Translations under genes and position numbers: made by a program
The notes under the pieces: generated by a model
What the model saw: only the letters and a program-made list of their open reading frames with translations
Told to the model about the DNA's origin: nothing
The model's database searches: none
In this document: positions 23,381 to 35,084 of the stretch, in pieces
Layout: each line of letters opens with the position of its first letter
How positions within the stretch are numbered: position 1 is the first letter of the stretch
Assembly: GCA_965240325.2 (NCBI GenBank)
Contig: OZ251224.1
Location: forward strand, 4,340,001 to 4,404,000
Length of the DNA: 64,000 bases
Direction of reading: 5' to 3'
Source: Rebecca billardiae RCC1528
Taxonomy: Eukaryota > Protista > Haptophyta

Positions 23381-23776
23381 GCTGCGCACCCCTGCGCACA
23401 TGAGAGACCGGGCGGTTGACGGTGTGCTGTACGACCACCCTTGGTTTAGCGCATCAGTGTTTTTTTACCACAGCAAGATGCGGCCCGTAGTCTCAGCCGT
23501 CTCTGGGCTCTGGCAGACTGAGACTGGTGAGCAGGGGTCAACCGAAGCGCCATGGATCCATCAGGAGTTAACAGTTCGTCCGATGACATTATAAGGTATA
23601 GCGCACAAGCTCTGACCGACATCGACATTCCACCCTGAGACCGTCGAGCAGTGTTGCTGTCAGCCTTAACGGAGCGAGTGCACGGCGCAGTGCGCCGGTG
23701 CCCGTTGATATTAGTATTATTATCCGCCCGGGCGGCCGCGGGCAGCGTGACCGTGAGCCGCCGGCGTGCTGGCTGC

Positions 23777-26700
23777 TCAGATGTCGATCTCGCGCTGCAC
23801 GGGCCTCCGGATATGCCGCATCGTCGAGCCCGCCTCGGTCGGCTTGAACGGCGCGAGCTGGCCGTACGGCTTGGGGATGCCCAGGTCGTCCGGGATGTAC
23901 GCGTTGGGCCTCGGCTCTGCGGAGGTCGCAACCATCGCGCCGTCGCGCGCGACGCTGTCGCCCATCCCCGCGGCGGCGGCGGCGGCGGCGGCGACGGTCT
24001 CGTCCGCTTTCCTGTCCAGCGTGAAGGAGTAGCGCTGCCACTCGAGCTCCACCTCGTCCGAGGGCGGCTGTCCCTGCTGCAGCCGCTCGCGCATGCTGCG
24101 CGCGGCGGCGCGTGTCGCGCGGGCGGGCGGCGCGGCGCGGTGCGGTGAGCGCTCGCGCGCGCGCGCGGCGCGGCGCTTGCGCGCGCGGCGCGGCGCTTGC
24201 GCGGGGCCGCGCCCGTCCCGGCGCGCACCCGTCGAGCTCCTGCGAGGCGGCGGTGTTGTCGTGCGTGAGCTTCATCGCGCTCGCCTGGTACATGCTCAGC
24301 TCCGAGACGGCGGCCATCATCTTGCGCGTGGTCGCCTTGAGCCGCGCCTGCACGTCGTTGACGCCCTTGGCGAGCTCGAGCGTGCCGTCTCTGCGCTCGA
24401 TGGCGTGCGCGCGCAGCTTGGCGGCGAGGTTGGTGACCTCCTCGAGGACGAGCTCCTTCTCGAGGAGCTGCTCCTTCTTGTCCGTCAGCCGCTCGTCGAG
24501 CAGCGCGATCTTGGCCGCCAGGTCCTCCGGCTCGGCGTCGCGCCCCTCGAGCCTGCGCCACCGCCGGTCCTGCGTGGGCGCCTCGAGTTTGGACGAGAGC
24601 GCGGCCGTGCGCGCGCGCTCGGCCTCAAGCTCCTCCTGCAGCGCGTGCAGCCGCTCCTCGAACGAGGGCATCTTGGGCACCACCCTGCGCACCGCCTCCA
24701 CCTCGCGCACCAGCCTGGCCAGCTCGAGGTCGAGCACGCGCACCTCCTCGTTGCGCTGCTGCAGCTGCAGCTCGCCGCGCGTGAGCGTGCCCTGCTGCAC
24801 GTTCGACTTCTCGTACAGGATGCACAGCTCGTCGTTGCGGTCGATGAGCTGCACGCCCGTGTAGTTGCGGTCGTCGATCGCGAGCTCGTACTGCCGCTTC
24901 AGCCGCAGCATCTCGCGCTCGATCGTCGAGATGATCGCGTTGAGGTTGCGCACCTCCTCCGCCTGCTGCTTGAGCACGCCCTGCCGCTCCGAGAGCGTGG
25001 CGGCCGCCTTGTTCAGCTCGATGCGCAGCGCGTCGCGCGCGTACGTGGAGGACTGGTGCTCGAGGTGCTCCTTGGAGAAGAACGCGTCCTTCTGCGCGGA
25101 CTCGCGCCGCAGGATGTCCACCTGCAACGCAGCAACGGGGGGAGGGGGGGGAGGGGGAGCGCGGGCTGAGCCGGCCAGCCGGCCAGCCAGCCAGCCGCGC
25201 GCACGCGCGCAGCGCTCTCCCTCTGCGTGTCTCTCTCGCGCGCGCGCGCGGCCCCCGCGCGGCGCGCACCTCGTTCTGCAGGATCTTGATCTTCTCCTTC
25301 ATCTCGGCGAGCGCCTGCGCCGACTCCTGGATCAGGTGCACGTACTTGTTCCGCTCGTTCTTGACGACGTCGTACAGCTTGGAGAACTCGGCCAGCCGCG
25401 TCTTCGTCTCGGACAGCTTCTTCGAGAGGTCGAGCAGCGCGAGCTGGCGCACCTTGAGCTCCTCGTTCGCGTCGCGCGTCTGCTGCAGCGTCTTCGCCAC
25501 CTCGCGGCTCTTCGCCTCGCGCGCGGCGTTCAGCTCGGCGATGCGCGCGTACAGCCCCTTGTCCGCGTCGCCCAGCGCCTTGAGCTCGGCCTGGTGCTCG
25601 CCCACCTCCGCGTGCAGCTGCTGCAGCCAGAGCAGCTGGTCCTGCTCCGAGTCCTCCTGCTTGAGGAAGTTGTTGATGAAGATGTCCACCTCGCGCCGCA
25701 TCTCCTCGATCGCCTCGAGCTGCCGCCGCTTCTCGTCGCGCTTCGAGCCCAGCTGGCGGTGCGCCTCGTCCAGCTGCAGCCGCGCGTGCGGCAGCAGCCC
25801 CTGCGCGCCGTGCATCGACACCTCGGCGCGGCGCGCGCGCTTGAGCGCGACGTTGTACTCCTTCACGCGGCGGTTGAGCCCGTCCTGCTCGCGCTTCAGC
25901 TCGAGCATCACCGCCTTCTGCTCCACCTCGAGCCGCACGCGCTCGGTCAGCGCGCCCTGCGTCTCGGCGCGCGCGAGCTCGATGCGCTTGCTCAGCGAGT
26001 CGATCTCGCGCTGCTTGGTGTCCGCCTGCGCGCGCGAGCGCTCGGCGGCCATCGCGTGCTCGGTGCGCTGCTCGTCGAGCTCCTTCCGCCGGCGCGACTG
26101 CAGCGCCACCTCGCCGTCCAGCATCCCCACCGTCTGCGCCAGCTTGCCCACGTCCGCCTCGACCGCCTGCGCGGCGCCGAGCACCGCGTCCGCCTGCTTC
26201 TTGAGCTTGTCCGGCTCGGAGCGCACCTTGACAAAGGTGGCGTTGAGCGAGCCCTTCTCGGCCTCGGCGTCGTGCTTGGCGGCGCGGCACGCGCTCGTCC
26301 GCTCGTTCAGCTCGCGCCGCTCGCCCTGCAGCCGCGTGAGCGCCGCCTGCTGCCGGTGCAGCTCGGTGCTCGCGTCGCCGACCGCGCGCTCGAGCGCGTC
26401 AATCTGCGGCTGCAGCAGCTCGGCCTGCATGCGCTCGTTGGCGGCGGCCTCGCGCTCGAGCTCGGTCTTCTGCCGCACGAGCGAGTCCGCCTCGAGCTGC
26501 AGGCTCGTCTCCTTCTCCTCGCGCGCCGCGAGCTCCGCCTGCCCCTTGGAGAGCTCGTCGCGCAGCGAGGCGATCGTGTCCGAGTCCTCCTGCGCGCGCG
26601 CCGTCTGCTTGTCGAGCTTCATCTTCTCGGCGAGCAGGTCCTGGTTGAGCTGCTTCGCGCGCTTGAGCAGCGTCTTCTCGTGGTCGTACGTCCGGAGCAC

Positions 26701-26910
26701 CACGTCGTGCAGCTTGGCGTACTTGGCCTTGTGCATCGACGCCTGCGCGTCGGTGAGCATCGACTGCGAGACGAGCGTGTCCAGGTGCGCGTACGCGGGC
26801 GAGTTGGCGATGTTGCTCACGTCGCCGCCGGCGGCGCCGGTGGCGGCGCCGGCCGTCGGCCCGCCACCGCCGGCGCCGCCGCCCGGCGCGCCCCCGCCCG
26901 TCGACGCCAT
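23777..26910 (-). CDS. CCDC146: Flagellar coiled-coil protein CCDC146/MBO2; introns 25122-25269 and 24096-24228
   Basis: Long coiled coil, [30 protein letters not shown], and C-terminal [25 protein letters not shown]...MRHIRRP signature. Confidence 0.88.
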
Positions 26911-28860
26911 GGCCGCGCGGCCGCCCCGCGCCGGGCTAACAGGCGCTCGGCGGGGTGCCCTCGCCCCGCTGGTGTGACCAGCCAGTGCAACGTCGGAACG
27001 ATGGCGGCCGCGCGTTCAAAGCTGTAACGGCCAAGGCGGCAAGGCCGCAAGTATGGTAGGGGCAATCAGCCAATCAACGGGGTGGGCTCGGCACGATGGC
27101 GGCGGCGACAGGCGGCCGCATGCCCGAGCACGTGCTCGGGCGAAGAAACCGCGCGCCAAGTCAGGCACGCGTCGCACGCGCGTGTGCTCGCGCCGCGCCA
27201 ATGCGTGCGACGCGGGGCAACGCCTGGCCCGTCCGTACATGCGACGCGTCGACCGCGGCCGTGAGTCGACGCGTCGCATGTGGCGGACGGGCGGCGGGGC
27301 CTCTCCCGTATCCGGCTGAGTATGCAGTCTGTCGACGCCCGTGTCCGCACAGCCGAGCGCATGCGCGCAGGCCTCATTTCGACAGACTGCTCGCCCGCGC
27401 ACGACCATCGCGGGATGAGGGCGCCCGGGCTGTCCGACTTCGGTCAGTTGCGCGCGCCTGCGCATGCCCCATTGCTGGTCAGCCACGAGCGTCGCTACTT
27501 GTCCGCATCACATTCAGCCCGCGGCGAGGTCGCCTGAATCCGCGCGTGCGTCACCGGGACAAGCAAGGGCTGCCACCGGCAGGAGCAGAAACGGCCCGAT
27601 CGTGCCCGCGCGGGCGCTCGGCCGAGTCCGGCCCGGGCTCGGCGGGGGGTCGGTGCGGCCACCGGTGCCAGCCCGTACTCATCGTGACGCATCTCACGCG
27701 ACTTGCAGGCGTGGAGAGGCTGGGGCCGCGCGCGCCGCGCCAGGGCGTGCGCGCGCGCGAGTGGGGCCTCGAAGGGCGTGCCACCCGCGAGTTGGTGAGA
27801 CGCATCACGCCCGGTGACATTGTCACATTTTGTCATTTTCCCCCATACGGCCATACCCCCATACAGTTTACTAAGAATAAGAGACGCACACAGCTCAGGC
27901 AGGCGAGTACCTTCTTTCCTTCATCTGAAAAACAACCGAATCATGATGAAACACCTCGCGAGCGGTTGAGATGTGAGATGTTACCCATCACGGTTGGACA
28001 AAAGAAATACTGAACCGGTTTGACGGCCGGCCAACCGTGTTGATCACCATACGAATATGATACTATCATATATGATACATATATATACATATATATATAT
28101 ATATAGTATATGAAGTCACCGCCTGTAGCGTCGAAAATATCGAACCGCATTACTTGGTTGTTCTCACTGAGCACCGAACCCACACTGCCCGAGTAACGGG
28201 CAAGTAATTGTGCTGGTTGAGAAAAATCGCCACACAATTACTCCGCTGTGATGACAATGAACTAGGCCTTTTTAAGGTTCGCATTGTTTGCGCCGCTTCG
28301 GTGGAGAGCAATTGTTCGCTCGTGCGAAACAGTATTCTTTCGGACAAAAACTGGCGAATCGTTGTAATCGATCTGTCTCAAGATTCTGATGAAGCCGGGT
28401 ACGGCTCGAGGCTGGTCCACACTAGCACGCGGGCCAGATTACCCAGACCAGTGATATGTCAGTACACTGGCCTGGAATCGCCCTATTCATCCCCCCAGCG
28501 CGTCAGTTTGGTCGATCCCCAGAGGCGGGTGCGGTTGAATGCATTTGTATGGTCATTTTCCAGGGTGAAGCTCCTCGCAGGTCGGAACGACATCAATGGC
28601 CAGGTCGTCATCACGCCCTCTTCCCACTCATACTTGTTTATGCGAGTAAGCGCAGACGTCGTTTTTAGCCTCGGTTACTTGCGTTACTTGGCGAGCCTGG
28701 CCAGCCGGCCAATCACACGCGCGCTCTCGCCGGCAACCATCTATTTGCTTCGCCTCAGTGGCGAAGGCTTGCGAAGCTTGAGCTTCTCACCTTCGCCCGA
28801 GCAGCGTCCCGCTTGACCCTGGCACACACCACAGAAGCCGAGAAGCGAACTCCACCCATC

Positions 28861-31800
28861 ATGCTCCCCCAGCCTCACGCGGGCCGCGCGCGCGCAGTGG
28901 AGGCGGCGGACAAGGCGCGCCCAAGCGGCGCTGGCGACGCGCAACACGTCGTACTGAGCGATGCCGGCGACCCAGCAGTCGACCTGGGCGCGCTCGGGCC
29001 GGACGGCTCCGGCTCGGGCACCGACACGGCCAACAACGGCTCGTCGTCGCCGCACGGCGGCAACTCGCGGGCAGCGGAGCCTGTCGCCCTCGGCGGCTCC
29101 GAGGGCGACGCCACGGACGGCTCGCCCGCAAGCGCCGAGCTCGTCGGCGCCGCGCACGACGACGACGCCGACATGGACACCGACGCAGGCGTCGACGCAG
29201 ACGCGGACGCCGAGCACGACGCGTACGCGCAAGAGGGCGCGAGCTCCGACGCCGTCGACCTCTCGAGCGGCGCCGCCGCCGCGGCGGCCGCCAAGCGCTG
29301 CAAGATCTCGAAGGAGCAGGCTGCCGTGCTGATGCAGACCTTCCTGCGCGAGCCCATGCCCTCGCCGCGCATGCGCTTCGCGCTCGCACGCGCGCTCAGC
29401 CTCAACCCGCGCACAGTGCAAGTCTGGTTCCAGAACCGGCGGCAGCGGCTCAAGGGGCGCTACCCGAGCTACCACGCCGGCGCGCCGGGCCACGCCGCCG
29501 CCTTCATCAACCAGCACGGCTACCCGCACGCCGGCCCCGCCGGCCCCATGCCGCCGAGCGCGCCCGTGCCGCCAAGCCGGCTCGGGGCGCTGCCGCCGCT
29601 CGCCGGCGCGATGAGCGGCATGGCGCCGATGGCGCCGGCGCAGCACGCGCCGCCGGCGCCGCCGCCGTACGGCTGGGCGGCGCCGCCGCTGTCAACCACC
29701 GCTGCGCTCTCGTCGGGCTACCCGCCCCAGCTGCCCTTCACGAGTGTTGCGCCGGGCAGCGCGGTGCTCGCGCCCTCCATGCTCGTGTTTGGTGGCGGCG
29801 GCGGCGGCGGCGCAGTCGAGGCGGCGCAGCCGGGCTTCAGCGCCTCCGCGCCGATGAGCGGGGTGTACGCACCGGCCGGCGCGTACATGCCGGCGCCGCA
29901 GCTGCAGCAGCCCATGTACGCGCCGCAGCAGCCGCAGCCGCAGCCGCAGCCGCAGCCGCAGCCGCAGCCGCAGCCGCAGCCCACGCCGAGCGAGCATCAG
30001 CCGCAGCCGCAGCAGTGGGCGCCGCAGCCGCAGCGGCAGCCGCAACAATTCCAGCAGTGGCAGCCTGAGCAGCAGCAGCGCCAGCAGCCGCCGTGGCAGC
30101 CAGCGCCGCAGCCACAGCCGCAGCCGCACTGGCAGCCAGAGCCACAGCAGCCATCCTGGCAGCCCGCCCCGCAGCCGCCGCCGCAGCAGCCGCCGCAGCA
30201 GCCGCCAGCGCACGTGCAGCCGCACTGGGCGCAGCCGCAGCCGCAGCCGCAGCCGCAGCCGCAGCAGATGCTTCCGCAGCACCCGCAGCAGCTCGCGCCG
30301 CAAGCGCCGCCGCAGTATGCGCCGCCGCCGCCGCACGCGCAGCAGCCGCCGCCGCACATGCTCGTGGCACAGGCTCCGCCCTCGGTGGCGCACACGCAGG
30401 CGCCGATGCCGTCCGCGTCCGCGGGCATGAGCTACGTCGGCTGCGGGCCGCCGACGATGCCGAACATGGCGCAGCAGTGCGGGCCGAGCCACGGGGCGAT
30501 GTCGTACGTGCCGATCCAGCCGGCGTGCGTGCCCACCGCAGCGCAGGGCGCGGCCGTGCCGACGGCGCCCTACCCGCCGGCTGTGAGCGCCGGGCACGGC
30601 CAGGACCCGTCCCTCGCGCACGCTGGCGGCGTGAGCGGCATGTCGCAGCAGGGCAACATCCCCGCGGCGGCGGCGGCGGCGGCAGCGGCGGCGGCGCAGG
30701 CGGACGCGCTCGCCGCCGCCGCCATGCGCGCCCGCGCCGAAGCGGCCGCGGTCGCGATGCAGACCGCCCTGCTGTACGCGCAGCAGCAGCTGCAGCCGCA
30801 GCAGCAGCAGCAGCCGCAGCCGCCGCCGCAGCCGCTGCAGCCCCGGCAGCAGCCGGCGCAGCAGCAGCAGCCCGCGCAGCAGCAGCAGCTGCTGCTGCTG
30901 CTGCCGCAGACCATGGCGATGCAGCAGCCGCCGCCGCCGCTCCCGCCGCAGTACCAGCAGCCGCTGCCGCTGCCGCCGCCCTCGCTGCCGCCGTCGCTGT
31001 CCATGGGCGCGACCGCGGCCGCCGCGCCCGACGCTCTGCCGCCCGCGCAGGCGGTGTGCCAGCCGATCGCGATGGCGCCGATGCAGCCGCAGTCGACCAC
31101 GGCGTCCGACCCGCAGTGCCCGGCGCAGTGGGCGGGGCCGATGATGCAGCTCACGCTACCGATGGCACCACCCGCGGCGCGCGAGCTGACGTCGCCCTCG
31201 GCGAGCCTCAGCCAGGCCGCACAGGCCCCGCCACCGGCCGCCGCGCCTGCCCTACCGCCGCCGCCCCCGTCGCTCGGCGCGGGCGGCGCGGCCACGTGCG
31301 CCCCCGCGCCGTTCGTGCAGATGGTGGTTCCGCCGCTGTGCACCACCACCACGCCCACCGTCATGGTGGCGGACGCGCGGGCGTGCACGAGCGCGCTCAC
31401 CGCTCTCCCCGACGCGCCGGCCGCGGCCCAGACCTCGACGCCCACGCCGACGTGCGAGCCGCCGTGGGTGCCGGGCGGCGTGACGCTCGGCGCGCTCGAG
31501 CAGCTGCGCGCGCGGATCAGCCCGGCGCAGCCGCGCACGGCGGCGCCCTCTGCGGCGCAGCTGGCGCCGTCGGTCGCGCCGCCGCAGCCCACGCCGCCGC
31601 ACGCGCCGGCCGCGCTGCGGCCGCCCATGCCGCCGCGGCCGCACGCCACGCAGCAGCCGGCGCGGCGCAAGCAGCGCACGAGCGCGCCGGTGCTCGGCGT
31701 CGCGCCGCCGTCCGTGCTCGGCACCGACGCGCGCGCGCTGCTCATGGCGGGCGCGGGCGGGGAGGGCGCGAGCACCGCGCAGCTGGCGCGCCAGCTGGCG

Positions 31801-32106
31801 AGCGGATTGTCATACACGGGCGCGCACGCCCCCTCCGCGCAGCCGAGGCCGCTCTCCTCCGCGGCGGCGGACGGGCTGAGTCTGCTCTCCGCCATCGCCT
31901 TCATGCAGAACGACGGCGCGCCGCAGCAGCAGCACACGCAGCGCGCGCTCCCGCCGCACGCGCACGCGATCGTCGGCATGGACATGCACGCCGGCGGCGC
32001 GCAGTACGAGATGCGCTCGCCGATGTACGGCCCGCAGGGCGATGGGCCGCTCGCCTTCGAGCAGCACGAGCGGTCGGACGCGGGCGTGACCGTCCAGTCA
32101 AATTGA
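28861..32106 (+). CDS. Homeodomain transcription factor with long Q/P-rich low-complexity region
   Basis: KRCKISKEQ...L...F...P.P....R..LA..L.L.PRTVQVWFQNRRQR at about 29293-29454; intronless ORF; first in-frame ATG at 28861. Confidence 0.9.
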   Translation: MLPQPHAGRARAVEAADKARPSGAGDAQHVVLSDAGDPAVDLGALGPDGSGSGTDTANNGSSSPHGGNSRAAEPVALGGSEGDATDGSPASAELVGAAHDDDADMDTDAGVDADADAEHDAYAQEGASSDAVDLSSGAAAAAAAKRCKISKEQAAVLMQTFLREPMPSPRMRFALARALSLNPRTVQVWFQNRRQRLKGRYPSYHAGAPGHAAAFINQHGYPHAGPAGPMPPSAPVPPSRLGALPPLAGAMSGMAPMAPAQHAPPAPPPYGWAAPPLSTTAALSSGYPPQLPFTSVAPGSAVLAPSMLVFGGGGGGGAVEAAQPGFSASAPMSGVYAPAGAYMPAPQLQQPMYAPQQPQPQPQPQPQPQPQPQPTPSEHQPQPQQWAPQPQRQPQQFQQWQPEQQQRQQPPWQPAPQPQPQPHWQPEPQQPSWQPAPQPPPQQPPQQPPAHVQPHWAQPQPQPQPQPQQMLPQHPQQLAPQAPPQYAPPPPHAQQPPPHMLVAQAPPSVAHTQAPMPSASAGMSYVGCGPPTMPNMAQQCGPSHGAMSYVPIQPACVPTAAQGAAVPTAPYPPAVSAGHGQDPSLAHAGGVSGMSQQGNIPAAAAAAAAAAAQADALAAAAMRARAEAAAVAMQTALLYAQQQLQPQQQQQPQPPPQPLQPRQQPAQQQQPAQQQQLLLLLPQTMAMQQPPPPLPPQYQQPLPLPPPSLPPSLSMGATAAAAPDALPPAQAVCQPIAMAPMQPQSTTASDPQCPAQWAGPMMQLTLPMAPPAARELTSPSASLSQAAQAPPPAAAPALPPPPPSLGAGGAATCAPAPFVQMVVPPLCTTTTPTVMVADARACTSALTALPDAPAAAQTSTPTPTCEPPWVPGGVTLGALEQLRARISPAQPRTAAPSAAQLAPSVAPPQPTPPHAPAALRPPMPPRPHATQQPARRKQRTSAPVLGVAPPSVLGTDARALLMAGAGGEGASTAQLARQLASGLSYTGAHAPSAQPRPLSSAAADGLSLLSAIAFMQNDGAPQQQHTQRALPPHAHAIVGMDMHAGGAQYEMRSPMYGPQGDGPLAFEQHERSDAGVTVQSN

Positions 32107-33011
32107 TCGGCGCGTGCAGTGCCGACCAGACCCGGCTCGGCGCGGGCCGACGGACCGCGCGCTTATTGGCAGCTCGCAGGATCCGCTAAATAGTAGCTAG
32201 CCTCGCAGACCAGACTGCTCGGCGCCTCACACCATCAGTGACTCATCATTCCAGTGCGAACTAGTCGCCTAGAGTCTGCCGATGCCGCGGATTAGACGAA
32301 CTTTGATGTCAGACTGAGTAGTCAAGCGCCTTAGGATAGTCAGTCTAGTCACGGCGTGATGAAGCGGCTGGTGCCACTCCTTCACAGTGGCAGCACAGCG
32401 TCGTCATCACTTGACGAATGAGAACTCTTGATGTTGATGACAGGATCAATTCTCTCATCACACCAAACGACGTCAGTTCACTTTCTGTCTTGCACCAAGC
32501 GGTGCCTTTTCTTCATTGGGTCGAATGTATGAGTATCAGCTCGGTAAACTGAAGCGACATGGGCGGAACGCTTCGACCGAGGTGATGACGATAATTGCGT
32601 GATAGTCATCCATGGATCGGTTTTCACAAGCCGGATTGCGAGCGCAACTTGATCACCCGCCGCCTACCACAAGTGAGATGTCAAGCGACACCAGTGCAAT
32701 CACGACATACGCACGTTGAGTATATTCATGATGTGGAAAGCGAATGTCTCACAACACACGCAGGGGTACAACTATTGGGGAAACTGGAAACGCGAGTAAT
32801 GTACCTACCAAACATTCATCATCACTTTTGAGCACCCGTGTACTCTCAAGATCAAAGTTGAAATGATGAAGGCTGTAGTTATTTCCGCAACAAAGCCACC
32901 CTGCCTGCGCTTGCGCATTTTCAATTTGATCACGACTTCACGAGTCACGACCCGGAAATCGCATCCGAATGAGCCGCCATACTGAAACCGAAATCGCGCG
33001 CAATATATATT

Positions 33012-34169
33012 ATGGCGGTGCGGGCATGCCCGTGGCTGCCGGCGGCGTTGCTGCTGGCCACCCTCGGCCTGCCTCGGCGCGTGGCTGGCGTGCTCGACGT
33101 GGCGGTCGTGGGAGCAGGCCCCGCAGGCCTGGCCCTCGCCAGTGCTCTGGTGCGGCGCGGGCTTGCCGTGCGCGTCTTTGAGAAGCGCGACACGCTCGCG
33201 CCGACCGGCTCAGCCGTCTTCCTGTGGCCGTTCGGCGTGGGCGCGTTGCGAGCGGTCGACGCGCGTCTCTGCGAGTCGCTCTTGGCAGAGGCCACCGTGA
33301 TCGAGCGCATCCGGTACAACAGCGTCGCCTTCAGCCTGCGCGGCGCGGAGGCCGCGCTGGGCGCGCCGTTTGTCGCGTTGCGCTTTGCCGACATCGTGCG
33401 CATCCTCCGAGCGCCGCTGCCGGAGGGGGCGGTGGCGCTCTCGCACGGGGTGCGGCGGTACGTGCAGCTCGAGGAGGGCGGCGTCGAGCTGCACTTTGAC
33501 CGCCAGCCCGCCTGCCGCGCGCGGTACCTCGTCGATGCGGGCGGCATCGGCTCGGCGGTGCGCCGCCAGCTGCGCGCCGACCGGCCGATCAAGCTCGCAC
33601 GCGCCGTGTACGCGGTCTCCGAGGCCGCCGGGGCGGCCGCGCCTGCGGTGGCCGCGGGGCGAGGGCCAGAGGCCCCGCCCGCGCGCCGCGTGGCAGGCGA
33701 GCTCGGCTTCGACGTGTACCGCTCGACCGGCCTGGTGACGGCGACGCTGGGCGACGGCGCCATCTGGTGGACGCAGACGCGCTTTGCGCCAGACGCCGTC
33801 GACCTGCCCGCCTTCCGCGAGGGCGGCTCGCGCGTGTCCGTGCAGATGGGCGAGCTCCCGCTGAGCTGGACGTGGGGCAGGGCGGACGCCACGCTCATCG
33901 GCGACGCCGCCCACGCCGCCACACCCGCGCTCGGGCTGGGCATCTCGAGCGCCTTCGAGGACGTCGCCGAGCTCGTGGCGCGCATCGACGCCGCCGCCGC
34001 CCGGGGCGATGCCGAGGGCGGCGGGCTGAGCAGGCAGACGCTGCGCGAGTACGAGGACAGCCGGAAGCTCGGCTGCGCGGTGCGGCAGCTCGCCAGCCGG
34101 GGCGCGTACCGAATCTCCGAGCTGCTCGCTCGCATCACGCCTGAGCCATCCGCTGAGGCTGCAGTGTGA
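33012..34169 (+). CDS. FAD-dependent monooxygenase (salicylate hydroxylase/zeaxanthin epoxidase-like fold) with signal peptide
   Basis: VAVVGAGPAGL, VRVFEK, DAGGIGSAVR (DG motif variant), LIGDAAHA..P.LGLG...AFED. Confidence 0.88.
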   Translation: MAVRACPWLPAALLLATLGLPRRVAGVLDVAVVGAGPAGLALASALVRRGLAVRVFEKRDTLAPTGSAVFLWPFGVGALRAVDARLCESLLAEATVIERIRYNSVAFSLRGAEAALGAPFVALRFADIVRILRAPLPEGAVALSHGVRRYVQLEEGGVELHFDRQPACRARYLVDAGGIGSAVRRQLRADRPIKLARAVYAVSEAAGAAAPAVAAGRGPEAPPARRVAGELGFDVYRSTGLVTATLGDGAIWWTQTRFAPDAVDLPAFREGGSRVSVQMGELPLSWTWGRADATLIGDAAHAATPALGLGISSAFEDVAELVARIDAAAARGDAEGGGLSRQTLREYEDSRKLGCAVRQLASRGAYRISELLARITPEPSAEAAV

Positions 34170-35084
34170 CTGATACAATCATCAGCTGCCCAAGTCGATC
34201 GGCTGCGGACACTGCGGTCAGGACTCAGGGTCAGGGCAGACGCGCCGCCACGCGCGCGTGCCCCGGCTGCTGACGGAATGCATGATGGTGCCCCACTCTA
34301 GCGGCTACGCCGCCAGCGCCACTAGGTATACCACAGGTTACTCACTCCGCCGAGTATACCAGTAGCCCTGGCCTTATTACTCCGGCGCCCGCGCGGGCGG
34401 CCGCGGGCCGCCCTTACTCTGAGTCTGATGCCACGACGGACCGGGTATACGGTCGTAGCTATAGTAGTATATAGCGCAGGCCCGGACCGACGGTCAGGGC
34501 TCCGCGAGCCTCCGCGCCAGCGCCAGCGGCCCACAGACGGCCGGAGGCTGAGTGCCCACTGGCACTGTGGCCCGTCACACCCCGCCGCGACGCCGCACTG
34601 CTGTACAGACAGTCTGGCGGAGCACCGCAGTAAGCAGTCGCGGACCCGGATTTGCCGGTGGCGGGCGGTACCGTTCGTTCACATGCGCCAGCGTTGACGC
34701 GACGACTTCGACGAAGAATTAAGCCATCACGATGAGGATCGCGCGATGTTATTGAATGATGTATTGCGGGCCGCTCGCGTCGATCCCGGCGGCCGGCAGT
34801 GCAGAGCGGTGCCGCGCACTCACTCTGCGCACCGGCGGATGCTGATTCAGACGTGCGCGCGCGCCCGAGGCGGATGATGCCGTGACGCGGCGCGCCGTCG
34901 GTGTGCGCTGCGTCGTCGCCCGGGTGCTCGTCGACATGAAACGCGGCCGCCTCGCAGCGCACGGCTGCCCATGCGACCAGAGCGCAGGGGCCGTGCGTGC
35001 CAGGGCACTGACTCCCGCAGCGCGATCGGGCGCGCGCGCTCAGCCGCCCGCGGGCGCGCGCTCGCGCCGCGCGCCCGCGGTGGC

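Noticed and set aside
28208-28816. 202-aa ORF upstream of the homeobox gene
   Set aside because: Non-ATG start, no host codon bias, no recognisable motif; probably promoter or 5' UTR.
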